Source: a bacterium
GTDB lineage: Bacteria > UBA10199 > 2-02-FULL-44-16 > JAAZCA01
NCBI GenBank assembly: GCA_963674695.2
Contig: CAXXGI010000002.1
Span: forward strand, 672,001 to 736,000
DNA length: 64,000 bases
Direction: 5' to 3'
Below the pieces are notes generated by a model that worked only from the letters and a program-made list of their open reading frames with translations, searched no databases and was not told the DNA's origin. The translations under genes and the position numbers were made by a program. Below, in pieces: positions 47,767 through 57,566 of this stretch; the stretch's first letter is position 1, and each line of letters begins with the position of its first letter.

Positions 47767-48506
47767 GAGTTCCCCTTGAATGCTTCATGTTTGAGCTGCC
47801 GAAATGCGGCGAGCGTCTTCCAGATTACGCCCGGAATCTTCGCGACGGGCAATCCGCGCGAAGGTCCATTTTCGCGCGCAAAATGTGCGACGCTGATTTC
47901 GGAGACGCGATATCCCTTTCCGATCATGCGGATCGTCATCTCGAAGTTGTTGAGGCCTGAGAGCAGCCAGTCGTCCTCGGCTACCGCTTCGTAGGCTTCC
48001 TTGCGCATGAGACGCAGGGGGCAGTTCACATCGTGGAGGGTTACGCCGAAGTAGCTGCGCACCAGCGCGTTGAAGACGCGCGTCATGACGATGCGGTAGA
48101 GGGGATCGGCGCGCGCTTCTTTGAACCCGACGATCATGTCGTTGTCGCGCATGAGCGGCTGCATTCTCCAAAAGTCGGCCGGATCGTGTTTGCCGCTGGC
48201 ATCGCAGAAGAGGATGAAGTCGTTGCGCGCCGCCGCCATCGCTTCGCGCAGGGCGCGCAGATACCCGCGGCGTTCATCGCATTGCAGCAGACGCATGGCC
48301 GGGTGCTTTGCAGCCAGTTCGCGCAGACGCTCGCTCGTGCCGTCGGTCGAGCCGTCCTCGGCGACGATCAGTTCCGAGCCGGGGAGCTTGGTGACGACGT
48401 CCTGCAAAAACCCTTCGACGACGCGATCGATCACCTCGATCTCGTTGAAAGCGATGATGACCACCGAGACGGGCGCGTGTGCGTTGGCATTCGGTTCGTT
48501 GTTCAT
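47763..48506 (-). CDS. GT2 polyprenyl-phosphate glycosyltransferase (DPM1-like)
   Basis: SVVIIAFNE, EDGSTDGT, CDASGKHDP, DVNCPLRL. Confidence 0.9.
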   Translation of the reverse strand: MNNEPNANAHAPVSVVIIAFNEIEVIDRVVEGFLQDVVTKLPGSELIVAEDGSTDGTSERLRELAAKHPAMRLLQCDERRGYLRALREAMAAARNDFILFCDASGKHDPADFWRMQPLMRDNDMIVGFKEARADPLYRIVMTRVFNALVRSYFGVTLHDVNCPLRLMRKEAYEAVAEDDWLLSGLNNFEMTIRMIGKGYRVSEISVAHFARENGPSRGLPVAKIPGVIWKTLAAFRQLKHEAFKGNS

Positions 48507-49771
48507 CGCAAGGTCTCCGCGAGTGAGAGCGCATGGGCCGTGCAGGCATCCATGTTGAGGTATTCGAATTCGGCGAATCGTCCACAGATGTGGATGTTTT
48601 GTCTGGCGCAATAGTTTCCGATCACCTCCATGCGATGGCGGCGGTCGTGTGTGTCGATGACGTAGGCATGAGGGTGACGGCGCACTTCGGTCGTGATGAT
48701 TTCGCTTGGATGGGCGATACCCGTTTTTGCGAGGCCTGCAGAAACGCGTGCGACGATCTCTTCATCCGTGCATTCCAGCAGCGCATCGTCGGGGGAAACG
48801 GTGATCTCAGCAACAAGCGACCCCTTTCCTTCCGGTGCAGCGGCGGTGTCGAGATAGGTCGGGAAACAGACGCGATGAAAGATCACATCCTTCTGCGGGA
48901 CGTAGATGCCAAAGCGCGGGGGAGGTGTTGCGTTGTTTACGCCCACGAGAACGGTGATGAGCGCGTTGGCACGAAGGCCGGCGGCCGCGGCGAGGACCTC
49001 ATCGGGTGCTTCCGCCAGGGCGTGGATGAGGTCCGGCGCGGGGATGGTGGAGATGAGCCGATCAAACGTTTCCGTCCTGTCGCCATCGCTCACCGTCCAC
49101 TGGTTATGCGCGTGCTCAACACGTCGCACGGTGAAGTTGCATTGAACGCGAGTGGCCTTCTGTGCGAGTGCAGCAATCAACGAAGCGATGTTTCCTTGCT
49201 TGGGGTAGTGAAAGTAGAGTTGGTGGAGATATCCTTCGGTGCGCAGTCCTAGCGCACCTTTGATCAAATCCCGCAGCGGCGGGCTCGGCACGCGCTCGAC
49301 CCAGCCGGTCGAAATATCGGAGAGCTTTGTCTTCCAGATCTTCTCGTTGTAGGGCGTCAGGTACATGTCCGCGATCGCATGGCCGAAGCGAGCGACGATC
49401 CATTCACCAAAATTCGACGGTTGGATGCGCGGGCGAGTACAGTATCCCCAGAAACAGCGCCAGCGATCGCCAAAGGCCAGGTCCGGCAGACCGTTCTCGA
49501 ACGGATAGCGGACGAAGCGTTCGCGACAGAGAATTTCGTTGCGGCGATAGTGGCGCGAGCAATTGTCCCCCAGCGTGTCGAGCAGAAACCCAAGCGCCGT
49601 TTTGTCCTTCGAGAAGAGGACGTGTCCGCCGATGTCGTAGCCAAACCCATTCTTGACGAAGGAGCGGCACAGGCCTCCCGGAACGGCTTCCTTTTCCAGG
49701 ACGTGTGTCTCCGGAAGGAGGGATGCCAGGATAAGGCCGGTGAGTCCGCCGTCGAGGATGCCTGTCTTCAT
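48503..49771 (-). CDS. FAD-dependent oxidoreductase (HemY/UGM-like)
   Basis: EKE..PGGLCRS, YDIGGH.LF, PYNEKIWK, GRFAEFEYLNMD. Confidence 0.88.
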   Translation of the reverse strand: MKTGILDGGLTGLILASLLPETHVLEKEAVPGGLCRSFVKNGFGYDIGGHVLFSKDKTALGFLLDTLGDNCSRHYRRNEILCRERFVRYPFENGLPDLAFGDRWRCFWGYCTRPRIQPSNFGEWIVARFGHAIADMYLTPYNEKIWKTKLSDISTGWVERVPSPPLRDLIKGALGLRTEGYLHQLYFHYPKQGNIASLIAALAQKATRVQCNFTVRRVEHAHNQWTVSDGDRTETFDRLISTIPAPDLIHALAEAPDEVLAAAAGLRANALITVLVGVNNATPPPRFGIYVPQKDVIFHRVCFPTYLDTAAAPEGKGSLVAEITVSPDDALLECTDEEIVARVSAGLAKTGIAHPSEIITTEVRRHPHAYVIDTHDRRHRMEVIGNYCARQNIHICGRFAEFEYLNMDACTAHALSLAETLR

Positions 49772-50784
49772 AGGGATTCCTTTGCTGTCTTCGCGCGCGC
49801 GGTGTGCGCGAGTTTTCGAAACCCGCCCTGATCGATCGCGGCGAAGATGAGCCCCGATCCTACGAGCAGGGCCCCGAGCAGGGCGTGGAGGACGAGGGCA
49901 AAACCAAACGCCGCATCCCGATCAATCCCGAAGAGGCCCAGCGAGAGGATGCAGGCGAATTCAAACGTTCCCACCGCGCCCGGGGCTGCGGGCAGGATGA
50001 GGCCGAAGTTGACGACGATGAGGCAGAGCAGTACCGCGTTCGGTGCGAGCGCGAGGTCGAGCGCCCGGCCCACGCCCCAGAGGGTGAGCGCCTCCGATCC
50101 CCAGATGAGAAACGAGATCGCGATCGCCGGCAGGATGAGTGCGGGTTGTCCCATCGCCTTGAGCCCGTGGCTCAGTTGGTCGAGGATCGTCGCGATGCGT
50201 TCGGTCTTCTTCGATTGTCGGCGTCGGCACCATCGCTCGATGGCGCCCATCAGGCGATGGCGAAAGCCGGAAGCGAGGGCGAGCACGATCGCGGCGCCGA
50301 TGAAGAGGGCGGCTCCCGCCTGCAGTATGGCGGTGACCCATTCGGGAAAGTCGGTCGCGGTCATCAAGAGGGCGAGGATCGCCAGGAGCGTGAGTCCATC
50401 GAGGACGCGTTCGAGGACGATGGAGGATAGTGCTGTGGCGACATTCGTTCCCCCGCGACGGCGGAGCGCTGCGACGCGGACGATCTCTCCCGCGCGGAAG
50501 GGGAGCACACTGTTGCCCGCCGCGCCGATGAGCGTGGCGGAGAAGAGTTCCCGAAAGGTTGGCATCGGCGCGGTGCCGTGCAGCAGGAAGGTCCATCGTG
50601 CCGCGCGCAGGAGATAGGCGACGGCCACCGGAACGGCGGCGAGCGCCAAGACGGCCAGATCGATCTGCGCAAGCGCCTCCCATACCAGGGGGAAGCGCAC
50701 GCCGCGCAGGGCCAGCGCCAGAAAGACGAGGCTGATCAGGATGCCTGCACCGATGCGCAGGCTCTTGGATACGGCAGGGCGCAT
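49768..50784 (-). CDS. Lysylphosphatidylglycerol-synthase-TM / flippase-like membrane protein
   Basis: LRAARW, N.VLPFRAGE, ERVLDG, PAAPGAVGTFE. Confidence 0.88.
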   Translation of the reverse strand: MRPAVSKSLRIGAGILISLVFLALALRGVRFPLVWEALAQIDLAVLALAAVPVAVAYLLRAARWTFLLHGTAPMPTFRELFSATLIGAAGNSVLPFRAGEIVRVAALRRRGGTNVATALSSIVLERVLDGLTLLAILALLMTATDFPEWVTAILQAGAALFIGAAIVLALASGFRHRLMGAIERWCRRRQSKKTERIATILDQLSHGLKAMGQPALILPAIAISFLIWGSEALTLWGVGRALDLALAPNAVLLCLIVVNFGLILPAAPGAVGTFEFACILSLGLFGIDRDAAFGFALVLHALLGALLVGSGLIFAAIDQGGFRKLAHTARAKTAKESL

Positions 50785-50794
50785 GCGGAAAACC

Positions 50795-50872
50795 TCACTT
50801 CGATTCGCTGATGCGCTGGGCGTCGATCAGGAACTGCTGGCCGACGTCGCTGGAGTCGATGAAGAGGGTCAT
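50795..50872 (-). pseudogene. Possible transaldolase N-terminal remnant
   Basis: Strong AAGGAG RBS then MTLFIDSSD (cf. transaldolase M.xFxD(T/S)AD), truncated at 25 aa. Confidence 0.4.
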
Positions 50873-50914
50873 GTGTATTTCTCCTTTGAAGAAAGTGTGT
50901 TCATGCTTGAGGAT

Positions 50915-51010
50915 GTCATTCCCGCGAAAGCGGGAATCTCGATTGTGAGATTCCATCGAGATCCCCGATGGAGCCTGCCCCCGAATGATTGAATCGGGGG
51001 CGAGGATGAC
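50915..51010. repeat. REP doublet
   Basis: GTCATTCCCGCGAAAGCGGGAATC ... GAGGATGAC. Confidence 0.65.
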
Positions 51011-51020
51011 AAAGCCAAGT

Positions 51021-51623
51021 TCATGCCGGTACAATCGATTCCCATTTCATCTCAGCGGCCCGCATCTCCGGGTGCGAGGCGATCAGGTGCCAGATGACCG
51101 CTTGAAAGGCCTCGGTGTGCGGCGTGACCGTGTCGGCTGAGACCGTCGGGACGACGACGCAGGCATCGGCGACCTTTGCGGTATAGCCACCGTCGCGGCC
51201 GACGATTCCCATCACCTTCGCGCCCACGCCCTGGGCATATGTGAGCGCCTCGACGAGATTCGCGCTGACGTTGCGCTGTGCGTCCCCTCCGCCGACGGAG
51301 AAGACGAAGACGGCGTCCTTGCCGCTCAGACGGCTGCCTTCGAGCCAGGCGGCGAAGACGGTCGCCCACCCCTCGTCGTTGGTGCGCGCGGTCAGCTCCG
51401 CGACGTTGTCGCACGGTGTGTACGCTTCGATGTGCGCGATCTTGCGAAAGTCGCCGACCGCGTGTGAGGCGTGCGCTGCCCCTCCGCCGACGCCGATGCA
51501 GAAGAGGCGTCCATCGCGTGCGCGCAGGTCGATGAGCGCGGCGACCATTCGGCTGATGGCATCGGCGTCGATCGTCTTGGCGATGGTCGCGGTTTCATCC
51601 AGATAGCGTTTGACGTAGTCCAT
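51021..51623 (-). CDS. SIS-domain phosphoheptose isomerase (GmhA-like)
   Basis: GVGGGAAHASHAV.DFRK, LTARTND.G, FSVGGG. Confidence 0.88.
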   Translation of the reverse strand: MDYVKRYLDETATIAKTIDADAISRMVAALIDLRARDGRLFCIGVGGGAAHASHAVGDFRKIAHIEAYTPCDNVAELTARTNDEGWATVFAAWLEGSRLSGKDAVFVFSVGGGDAQRNVSANLVEALTYAQGVGAKVMGIVGRDGGYTAKVADACVVVPTVSADTVTPHTEAFQAVIWHLIASHPEMRAAEMKWESIVPA

Positions 51624-51699
51624 GGCTTATCCTTTTTCGAGTTGGTCGATGAGGGCGAGCGCTTCAGTAAGCGTCGCAGCACGATGGTCCGGTTTGAGC

Positions 51700-51815
51700 T
51701 CACGAATGTACCATGTTTTTCCTCAACGTAAAAAACAAAAAAGCTCGCGTCCCCTGCGCCGGAGATCTTGCCGTCGAGCGCCCCAGCGCGTTTGGCCTCT
51801 TCGTAGATCTCGGGG
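51700..51815 (-). pseudogene. C-terminal remnant of an HddA-like GHMP kinase
   Basis: IYEEAKRAGALDGKISGAGDASFFVFY resembles LY..A..AGAFGGKVLGAGGGGFLL of the intact hddA at 54297. Boundaries approximate. Confidence 0.55.
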
Positions 51816-52054
51816 GGTGTTATCTTGGTTGACCAGCATGAAATCATGGCGGTCGAGATCAGGAACTTCAAATGCATTGACCTCATCTATGACCTTAAGA
51901 ATTAGTGAAACGCCGATTGTGTCTTGCAGTTTCTGCACAAACGCGGCATCCACTGTTGTGGGTATTTCGCGGAATTCGAAGGCCAGAACATGGACGCGCC
52001 GGGCTATTGTAGTGGCGGCCTGGCAGAGGAGCTCATCGTAAGTCAGGAAATTAT

Positions 52055-53008
52055 ATGAATATTCTCGTTACCGGCGGCGCTGGTTTCGTGGGCAGCAATC
52101 TCATCGATCGCCTCCTTGCGGAGGGGCACGATGTCGTCTGTGTCGACGATCTGAGCCTGGGGCGCTTGTTCAACATCGAACGGCACCTCTGCGATGAGCG
52201 TTTCACATTCGTCCAATCCAATATTGCAGACTACGGCGCGATTCGGCACATTTTCACGGAATACGCCATCGAGACTATCTTCCACCTGGCGGCGAACTCC
52301 GACATCCGTCGCTCTGCTGAATCTCCTGGGGAGGATCTTTCGCGCACGCTTCTCACGACCTTCTCTGTACTCGAAGGGATGCGCGAAAGCAAAGCGCGAC
52401 AGATCATCTTTTCCTCGAGCAGCGCCATCTATGGCGAACACGATGGCGCGCTCCGCGAAGAGAGCGGTCCTCTCTTTCCTCTTTCGCATTACGGGGCTGC
52501 AAAACTCGGCTCTGAGGGCTTCATCAGTTCCTATGGTGAAAACTATGGGATCAGGAGCTGGATCGTGCGTTTCCCGAACGTGGTTGGGCCGCGGATGACG
52601 CACGGCGTCCTCTACGATTTTCTGCACAGACTTCAGGAGAATCCGGAGTGCCTCGCGATTCTTGGCGATGGCTCGCAGACAAAGCCTTATCTCCATGTTG
52701 CGGACCTCATCGAAGCGATGCTCTTCGTCTGGAAGCACGCGGATGGAAAGCGTAGCTGTTTCAACGTGGGAACCGAGAGCGCCACCAGCGTTACGCAGAT
52801 CGCACAAATTGCGTGCGAGGAACGGGGGTTGAAGAATACGATCTTCAACTACTCTGGCGGCAAGCGCGGCTGGACGGGGGATGTTCCGTGCTTTCGATAC
52901 GACCTCTCCCATATCCACGCTTTGGGATGGCGCGCATCGATGAACTCCGACGATGCCGTCCGCAGGGCAGCGCGTGAACTCCTGGCAGAGGAGGCGGCCG
53001 AACGATGA
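52055..53008 (+). CDS. NAD-dependent epimerase/dehydratase
   Basis: [20 protein letters not shown]. Confidence 0.92.
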   Translation: MNILVTGGAGFVGSNLIDRLLAEGHDVVCVDDLSLGRLFNIERHLCDERFTFVQSNIADYGAIRHIFTEYAIETIFHLAANSDIRRSAESPGEDLSRTLLTTFSVLEGMRESKARQIIFSSSSAIYGEHDGALREESGPLFPLSHYGAAKLGSEGFISSYGENYGIRSWIVRFPNVVGPRMTHGVLYDFLHRLQENPECLAILGDGSQTKPYLHVADLIEAMLFVWKHADGKRSCFNVGTESATSVTQIAQIACEERGLKNTIFNYSGGKRGWTGDVPCFRYDLSHIHALGWRASMNSDDAVRRAARELLAEEAAER

Positions 53009-54300
53009 AAGCAGTCATCATCGCAGGCGGCAAGGGTCGGCGCATGGGCAAACTCTCCGGGGAAATCCCGAAGTCGATGATTTTCTTTGCGGGTAAACCG
53101 ATTATCCAACATCAGATCGAGCTGCTCGCGCGTTACGGCATCATCGATGCCACTGTTATCACTTGTCACCTTTCGAAGGCGATCGAGGACTTTCTCGGTG
53201 ACGGTAGCCGCTTCGGTGTGAAGATCAGTTATTATAGAGAAGAACGGTCGCTCGGAACGACGGGAGGCTTGAAGGAGATTGAGGGCCAGCTCACCGAAGA
53301 ATTCCTCGTGATCTACGGCGATGTGATGCTCGACATGGACTTCTCGCGTCTCATTGCGTTTCATCGTGGCCACGGAGGGGCAGCGACGCTCGTAGTGCAT
53401 CCCAACGACCATCCACTTGACAGCGACCTCGTTGAGATAGTTGGCGACGGCCGCATCGTCGTCTTTCACCCCAAGCCGCACGAGGAAAATCACTTCTACC
53501 ATAATATGGTTAGTGCCGGCGTCTATGTCCTCTCGCCGCAGATCCTTGCACACATCCCACGCGGCGTGAAGTCCGATTTTGGGCGGAGGATCTTTCCATC
53601 GATTGTTACGCAGGAAGAGCTCTACGGCTACAACACGCCGGAGTATGTGAAGGACATCGGCACGCCTGAGCGCACCAAAGAGGTGCGCTCAGATGTCGAG
53701 AACGGAAAGGTGGCGCGCCTGAACCTCGTCAACGAGCGGCCAGCGATCTTTCTCGACCGCGATGGTGTGATTAACCGTTCCACGGGGCTCTTAAAGCGCG
53801 CCGAGGACTTCGAGCTGCTTCCCGGCGTGGCCGAGGCGGTTTGCGCCATCAATCGATCGGAGTACCTTGCCGTTGTCATCACGAATCAGCCGGTTATCGC
53901 GCGCAATCTCTGTACGCTTGAGGGGCTGGACGAGATCCACAAGAAGATGGAGACGTTGCTCGGCCGCGCGGGCGCTAAGTTCGATGCGATTAAATTCTGC
54001 CCGCATCATCCTGATCGCGGCTATCCTGGTGAGAACCCCGTCTACAAGATCGATTGCGACTGCCGCAAACCAAAGCCGGGCATGGTATTCGAGGCGGCGG
54101 AGGAATTTCACATCGATCTGACGCGTTCCTTTTTGATCGGCGATGCAGAGCGCGATATTATCTGTGGGAAGAACGCCGGTGTGAGGACGGTAGTACTCAC
54201 GAGTGGTGCGGAATACGATACCGTTGTCACCGAACCCGATTATCGCTGCCGTGATCTGGGGGAGGCGGTCGCCTTTATCCTCGAGGAGAGCCAAAGATGA
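53005..54300 (+). CDS. Sugar-1-P nucleotidyltransferase (HddC-like) fused to GmhB-type HAD phosphatase
   Basis: AGGKGRRM...PKSM; FLDRDGVIN, TNQPVIARN, CPHHP, CDCRKPKPGM, IGD..RD. Confidence 0.92.
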   Translation: MKAVIIAGGKGRRMGKLSGEIPKSMIFFAGKPIIQHQIELLARYGIIDATVITCHLSKAIEDFLGDGSRFGVKISYYREERSLGTTGGLKEIEGQLTEEFLVIYGDVMLDMDFSRLIAFHRGHGGAATLVVHPNDHPLDSDLVEIVGDGRIVVFHPKPHEENHFYHNMVSAGVYVLSPQILAHIPRGVKSDFGRRIFPSIVTQEELYGYNTPEYVKDIGTPERTKEVRSDVENGKVARLNLVNERPAIFLDRDGVINRSTGLLKRAEDFELLPGVAEAVCAINRSEYLAVVITNQPVIARNLCTLEGLDEIHKKMETLLGRAGAKFDAIKFCPHHPDRGYPGENPVYKIDCDCRKPKPGMVFEAAEEFHIDLTRSFLIGDAERDIICGKNAGVRTVVLTSGAEYDTVVTEPDYRCRDLGEAVAFILEESQR

Positions 54301-55286
54301 TTATCACCAAAACCCCCTTCCGCATCAGCTTCGTCGGTGGTGGATCCGACCTCGAGGCCTTCTCGATGCAGCATACAGGCGCTGTGTTATCTACGACGAT
54401 CGACAAGTACATGTACCTCTCATCGCACAATTTTTTCAACAGCGACAAGGTGCGTCTCAAGTACGCCAAGACGGAGACAGTTTCGGATATCGCTGCCATC
54501 GAGCATCCGATCGTGCGCGAAGTCCTGCAACAATTTCACGTCGAGGGCGCGCTGGAAATCAGCTCGAACGCCGATGTCCCCGCTGGAACGGGGCTCGGTT
54601 CCTCTTCGGCATTCACCGTGGGACTTCTCCACAACATGTACGCGCGCACCAGCGAGTTTGTGACGAAGCAGCGTCTCGCCGAGGAGGCCTGTGAGATCGA
54701 GATCAACCGTCTCGGGGAACCGATTGGAAAACAGGATCAGTATGCCGCTGCCTTTGGAGGGCTGAATATCATCACCTTTGCCACCACGGGGGAGGTCACG
54801 GTAGAACCGATCCACCTGAAGCGCGAGACCTATCGCCGTCTGCGCAAAAGCCTCGTCCTCCTCTACCTTGGCTCGGAGCGCGCCACCGCCGATATTCTCA
54901 ATGATCAACGTCGGAACATGGCCGACGAGGAAAAGGTGGCGCGACTCTGCGAAATGGTGAAGTTTGTCTGGCGCGCGCGCGATGCGCTCTACCGCGACGA
55001 CATCGAGGGATTCGGCAAACTGCTGCATGAGAACTGGGTGCTCAAGCGCGAGCTTGCATCGAACATCGCCAACGAGCAGATCGACACGCTCTACCGTACA
55101 GCGCTCAATGCTGGCGCGTTCGGCGGCAAGGTCCTGGGGGCGGGCGGCGGGGGTTTCCTGCTGCTCTGCTGCCCCCCCGGACGACGCGACGCGCTTTGTT
55201 CGGCGATGGGCGGCCTGCGGGAACTGGGGTTCAAATTTGAAAATGAGGGTTCGAAGGTCATCTATGCGGGAGGTGAATATGACTGA
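54297..55286 (+). CDS. hddA: D-glycero-alpha-D-manno-heptose-7-phosphate kinase
   Basis: TPFRISFVGGGSD, PAGTGLGSSS, GKQDQY, GAGGGGF. Confidence 0.9.
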   Translation: MIITKTPFRISFVGGGSDLEAFSMQHTGAVLSTTIDKYMYLSSHNFFNSDKVRLKYAKTETVSDIAAIEHPIVREVLQQFHVEGALEISSNADVPAGTGLGSSSAFTVGLLHNMYARTSEFVTKQRLAEEACEIEINRLGEPIGKQDQYAAAFGGLNIITFATTGEVTVEPIHLKRETYRRLRKSLVLLYLGSERATADILNDQRRNMADEEKVARLCEMVKFVWRARDALYRDDIEGFGKLLHENWVLKRELASNIANEQIDTLYRTALNAGAFGGKVLGAGGGGFLLLCCPPGRRDALCSAMGGLRELGFKFENEGSKVIYAGGEYD

Positions 55287-55851
55287 GACGGCGAAGAAAA
55301 TCGACGATTATTTCGGGCAGGTCGGCTATGCGCTGGGCAAAATCGATCGAGCGAGTATGGAGCACTTCCTCAATCTGCTTGCCGAGACCAACGCAAAGGG
55401 ATCGATGATCTATCTCTTCGGTAACGGAGGAAGCGGCTCCACCGCGTCGCACTTTGCCTCGGATCTCACGAAGGACATTTCGCTGCATGTGCCGAAGCGC
55501 TTTAAGGCTGTTTGCTTCAATGACAATATTCCATCACTCTTGGCGATTGCCAACGACATCTCTTACGATGACGTTTTTGTCGAGCCGCTCAAGAATTTTT
55601 TGACGAAAGAAGATCTCGTCATCGGCATCTCAGGCAGTGGCAACTCGACGAACGTTGTGCGCGCCTTCGCCTATGCCACCAATGTGGGTGCGAAGACCGT
55701 GGCGATCTGCGGCATGAACGGCGGGGAGATTAAGGGAATGGCTTCGTTGGCGATCCACGTCCCGATCGATGACATGGAGATATCGGAGGATGCCCACCTC
55801 TCACTCTTCCATTGCGCGAAGCGCATTCTCATCGAACGGTTGAATGCATAG
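55279..55851 (+). CDS. gmhA: Phosphoheptose isomerase
   Basis: GNGGSGSTASHF, AIAND.SY, ISGSGNS.NV, EDAH. Confidence 0.9.
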   Translation: MTETAKKIDDYFGQVGYALGKIDRASMEHFLNLLAETNAKGSMIYLFGNGGSGSTASHFASDLTKDISLHVPKRFKAVCFNDNIPSLLAIANDISYDDVFVEPLKNFLTKEDLVIGISGSGNSTNVVRAFAYATNVGAKTVAICGMNGGEIKGMASLAIHVPIDDMEISEDAHLSLFHCAKRILIERLNA

Positions 55852-55884
55852 AAAAGGGGGTATCTCTAAAAACCTCGTAAATTG

Positions 55885-55965
55885 CCCGTTCGTCCTGAAC
55901 TTGTCGAAGGACGGACCCTATGGAACAAGAGTTTTTTTCGTTCATGGTTCGACAAGCTCACCTAA
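55885..55965. repeat. REP doublet (CCTGAACTTGTCGAAGG / TTCGACAAGCTCA family)
   Basis: Inverted pair in the intergenic region. Confidence 0.65.
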
Positions 55966-56083
55966 CGGTTGGGATGCTCCATTACAAGTGATTTAGCGGT
56001 CGTGCTGGGGGGGTGATGCTTTCCGTGTCGGCCTTCGCGGCGATATATGCTATAGAGAGCATGATCGAAAGGATGGGGGCGCG

Positions 56084-57562
56084 ATGTCGTTGCGGATGAC
56101 ACGAGTGCAGGCTGCATGTTGGATCACCGGTGTTTCGGTCGTTGTCGCCGGGCTCGTCATCTGGTGCTGGCGCGGCATCTACAATCACGATGAGGTGCAG
56201 CATCTGCATGCCGCTTGGCTCATCTGGCAGGGGCTCCATCCCTTTGCCGATTTCGTAGAGCAGCATCACCCCACGCTCTGGTATCTGCTGGCACCGCTTG
56301 CCGGTTCGATATCCTCGCCGCACCGGATCATCTTCGCGGCGCGCCTCTTCGATCTGGCCATGATCTCCGTGCTGGCCATCAGCGTGTTGCGCATCGCCCG
56401 GCGGCTCTATCCCACAACGTGGGGCTTTTGGCCGGTGGTAGTTCTCATGGGTTCGTCGCTCTTTCTGCAAAAACAGCTCGAGGTGCGCCCCGATGCGCTG
56501 ATGAACGTGATCGGTTTTGCCGGCATCGCCCTCTGGCTCTCGGCGCTCGCGAAGGGCAGTCGCGTCCAGGCCTTCCTCGCCGGCCTGCTCTCGGGGTTGG
56601 CCATCGCGGTCCTGCAAAAGTGGATGCCGATCGTCGTCCTTTTGGTTCTGGGTTCACTTCTGTCGATATTGCTGCCGTGCGATGCGCGCGGTCGTCGACG
56701 AAATCTGATCGACCTGACGCTCTTCATCCTGGGTGCGATCATTCCCGTTGGCACGCTCATAGCGGCCGCTTTCCTCGCCGGATGGGGAGAGGAATTTTTG
56801 TTTTGGAATTACACCTTCAACCGCTTCCTCTTCCTTCGGGAGAGCGCCATGGAGCGTATTCCGCTCTGGATTCCGTTTCTCAACTTGGCCCGCGATTCCG
56901 GCGGACTTGTCCTGCTGGGTCTGGCCGGGCTGGGGGTGATGGCGAGGGGATGGGGTCGTCGCCATGACGCGGACGATGCGATTGTTCGCGCGCGTCTGGT
57001 GGTGATCGTCCTCACGGTCGGCAGCGTTTTCTTCCTGCTGGGCAACCGCAATCTCTACTCGCAGTACTTTCTGCCGTGGCTCGTGTTGCTGGCGATCTGT
57101 TCGCAGGCTCTGTTCGCGCGTTTTTCCGGCGGGCGCGAGGGGCGACTCCTGAGGGGAGGAGCGATTGCGCTGGTCGCCATCGCCGCTGTCCTGCTCTCCA
57201 TGCGCAATACCAATGAACACCAGATCGCGGCGCATCGCTTCATCTTGAACGGGACGCGAGCCGATCGACCCGTGGCCATCTCGCCGCCGATGCACCCCAT
57301 CGTGCGGTTCGATACCCCGTACTTTTGGTACAACGGCCAGATGCTCGCCGGTCTCTATGCCGAATACTGCCGCACCAACGCCTGTGCACACGATTTTCTT
57401 GCGATCGAGGATAAACGCTGGGAGGAGATGCCGCCCGACCTGCTCTATCTGGCGGTCTTCCCGACGCGTATGCGCTTCTGGCCCTATCGCTGGCAGGAGC
57501 GACTCGAGGCCTATCGCCCCCTGAATGCCCCCGGTTTCTTCGTGCCGAAAGCGGATGAGTGA
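56084..57562 (+). CDS. GT-C (ArnT/PMT-like) multi-TM glycosyltransferase
   Basis: HDEVQHLH after TM1, DFVEQHHP, EVRPD; paralog of 59236-60771. Confidence 0.8.
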   Translation: MSLRMTRVQAACWITGVSVVVAGLVIWCWRGIYNHDEVQHLHAAWLIWQGLHPFADFVEQHHPTLWYLLAPLAGSISSPHRIIFAARLFDLAMISVLAISVLRIARRLYPTTWGFWPVVVLMGSSLFLQKQLEVRPDALMNVIGFAGIALWLSALAKGSRVQAFLAGLLSGLAIAVLQKWMPIVVLLVLGSLLSILLPCDARGRRRNLIDLTLFILGAIIPVGTLIAAAFLAGWGEEFLFWNYTFNRFLFLRESAMERIPLWIPFLNLARDSGGLVLLGLAGLGVMARGWGRRHDADDAIVRARLVVIVLTVGSVFFLLGNRNLYSQYFLPWLVLLAICSQALFARFSGGREGRLLRGGAIALVAIAAVLLSMRNTNEHQIAAHRFILNGTRADRPVAISPPMHPIVRFDTPYFWYNGQMLAGLYAEYCRTNACAHDFLAIEDKRWEEMPPDLLYLAVFPTRMRFWPYRWQERLEAYRPLNAPGFFVPKADE

Positions 57563-57566
57563 GGGA

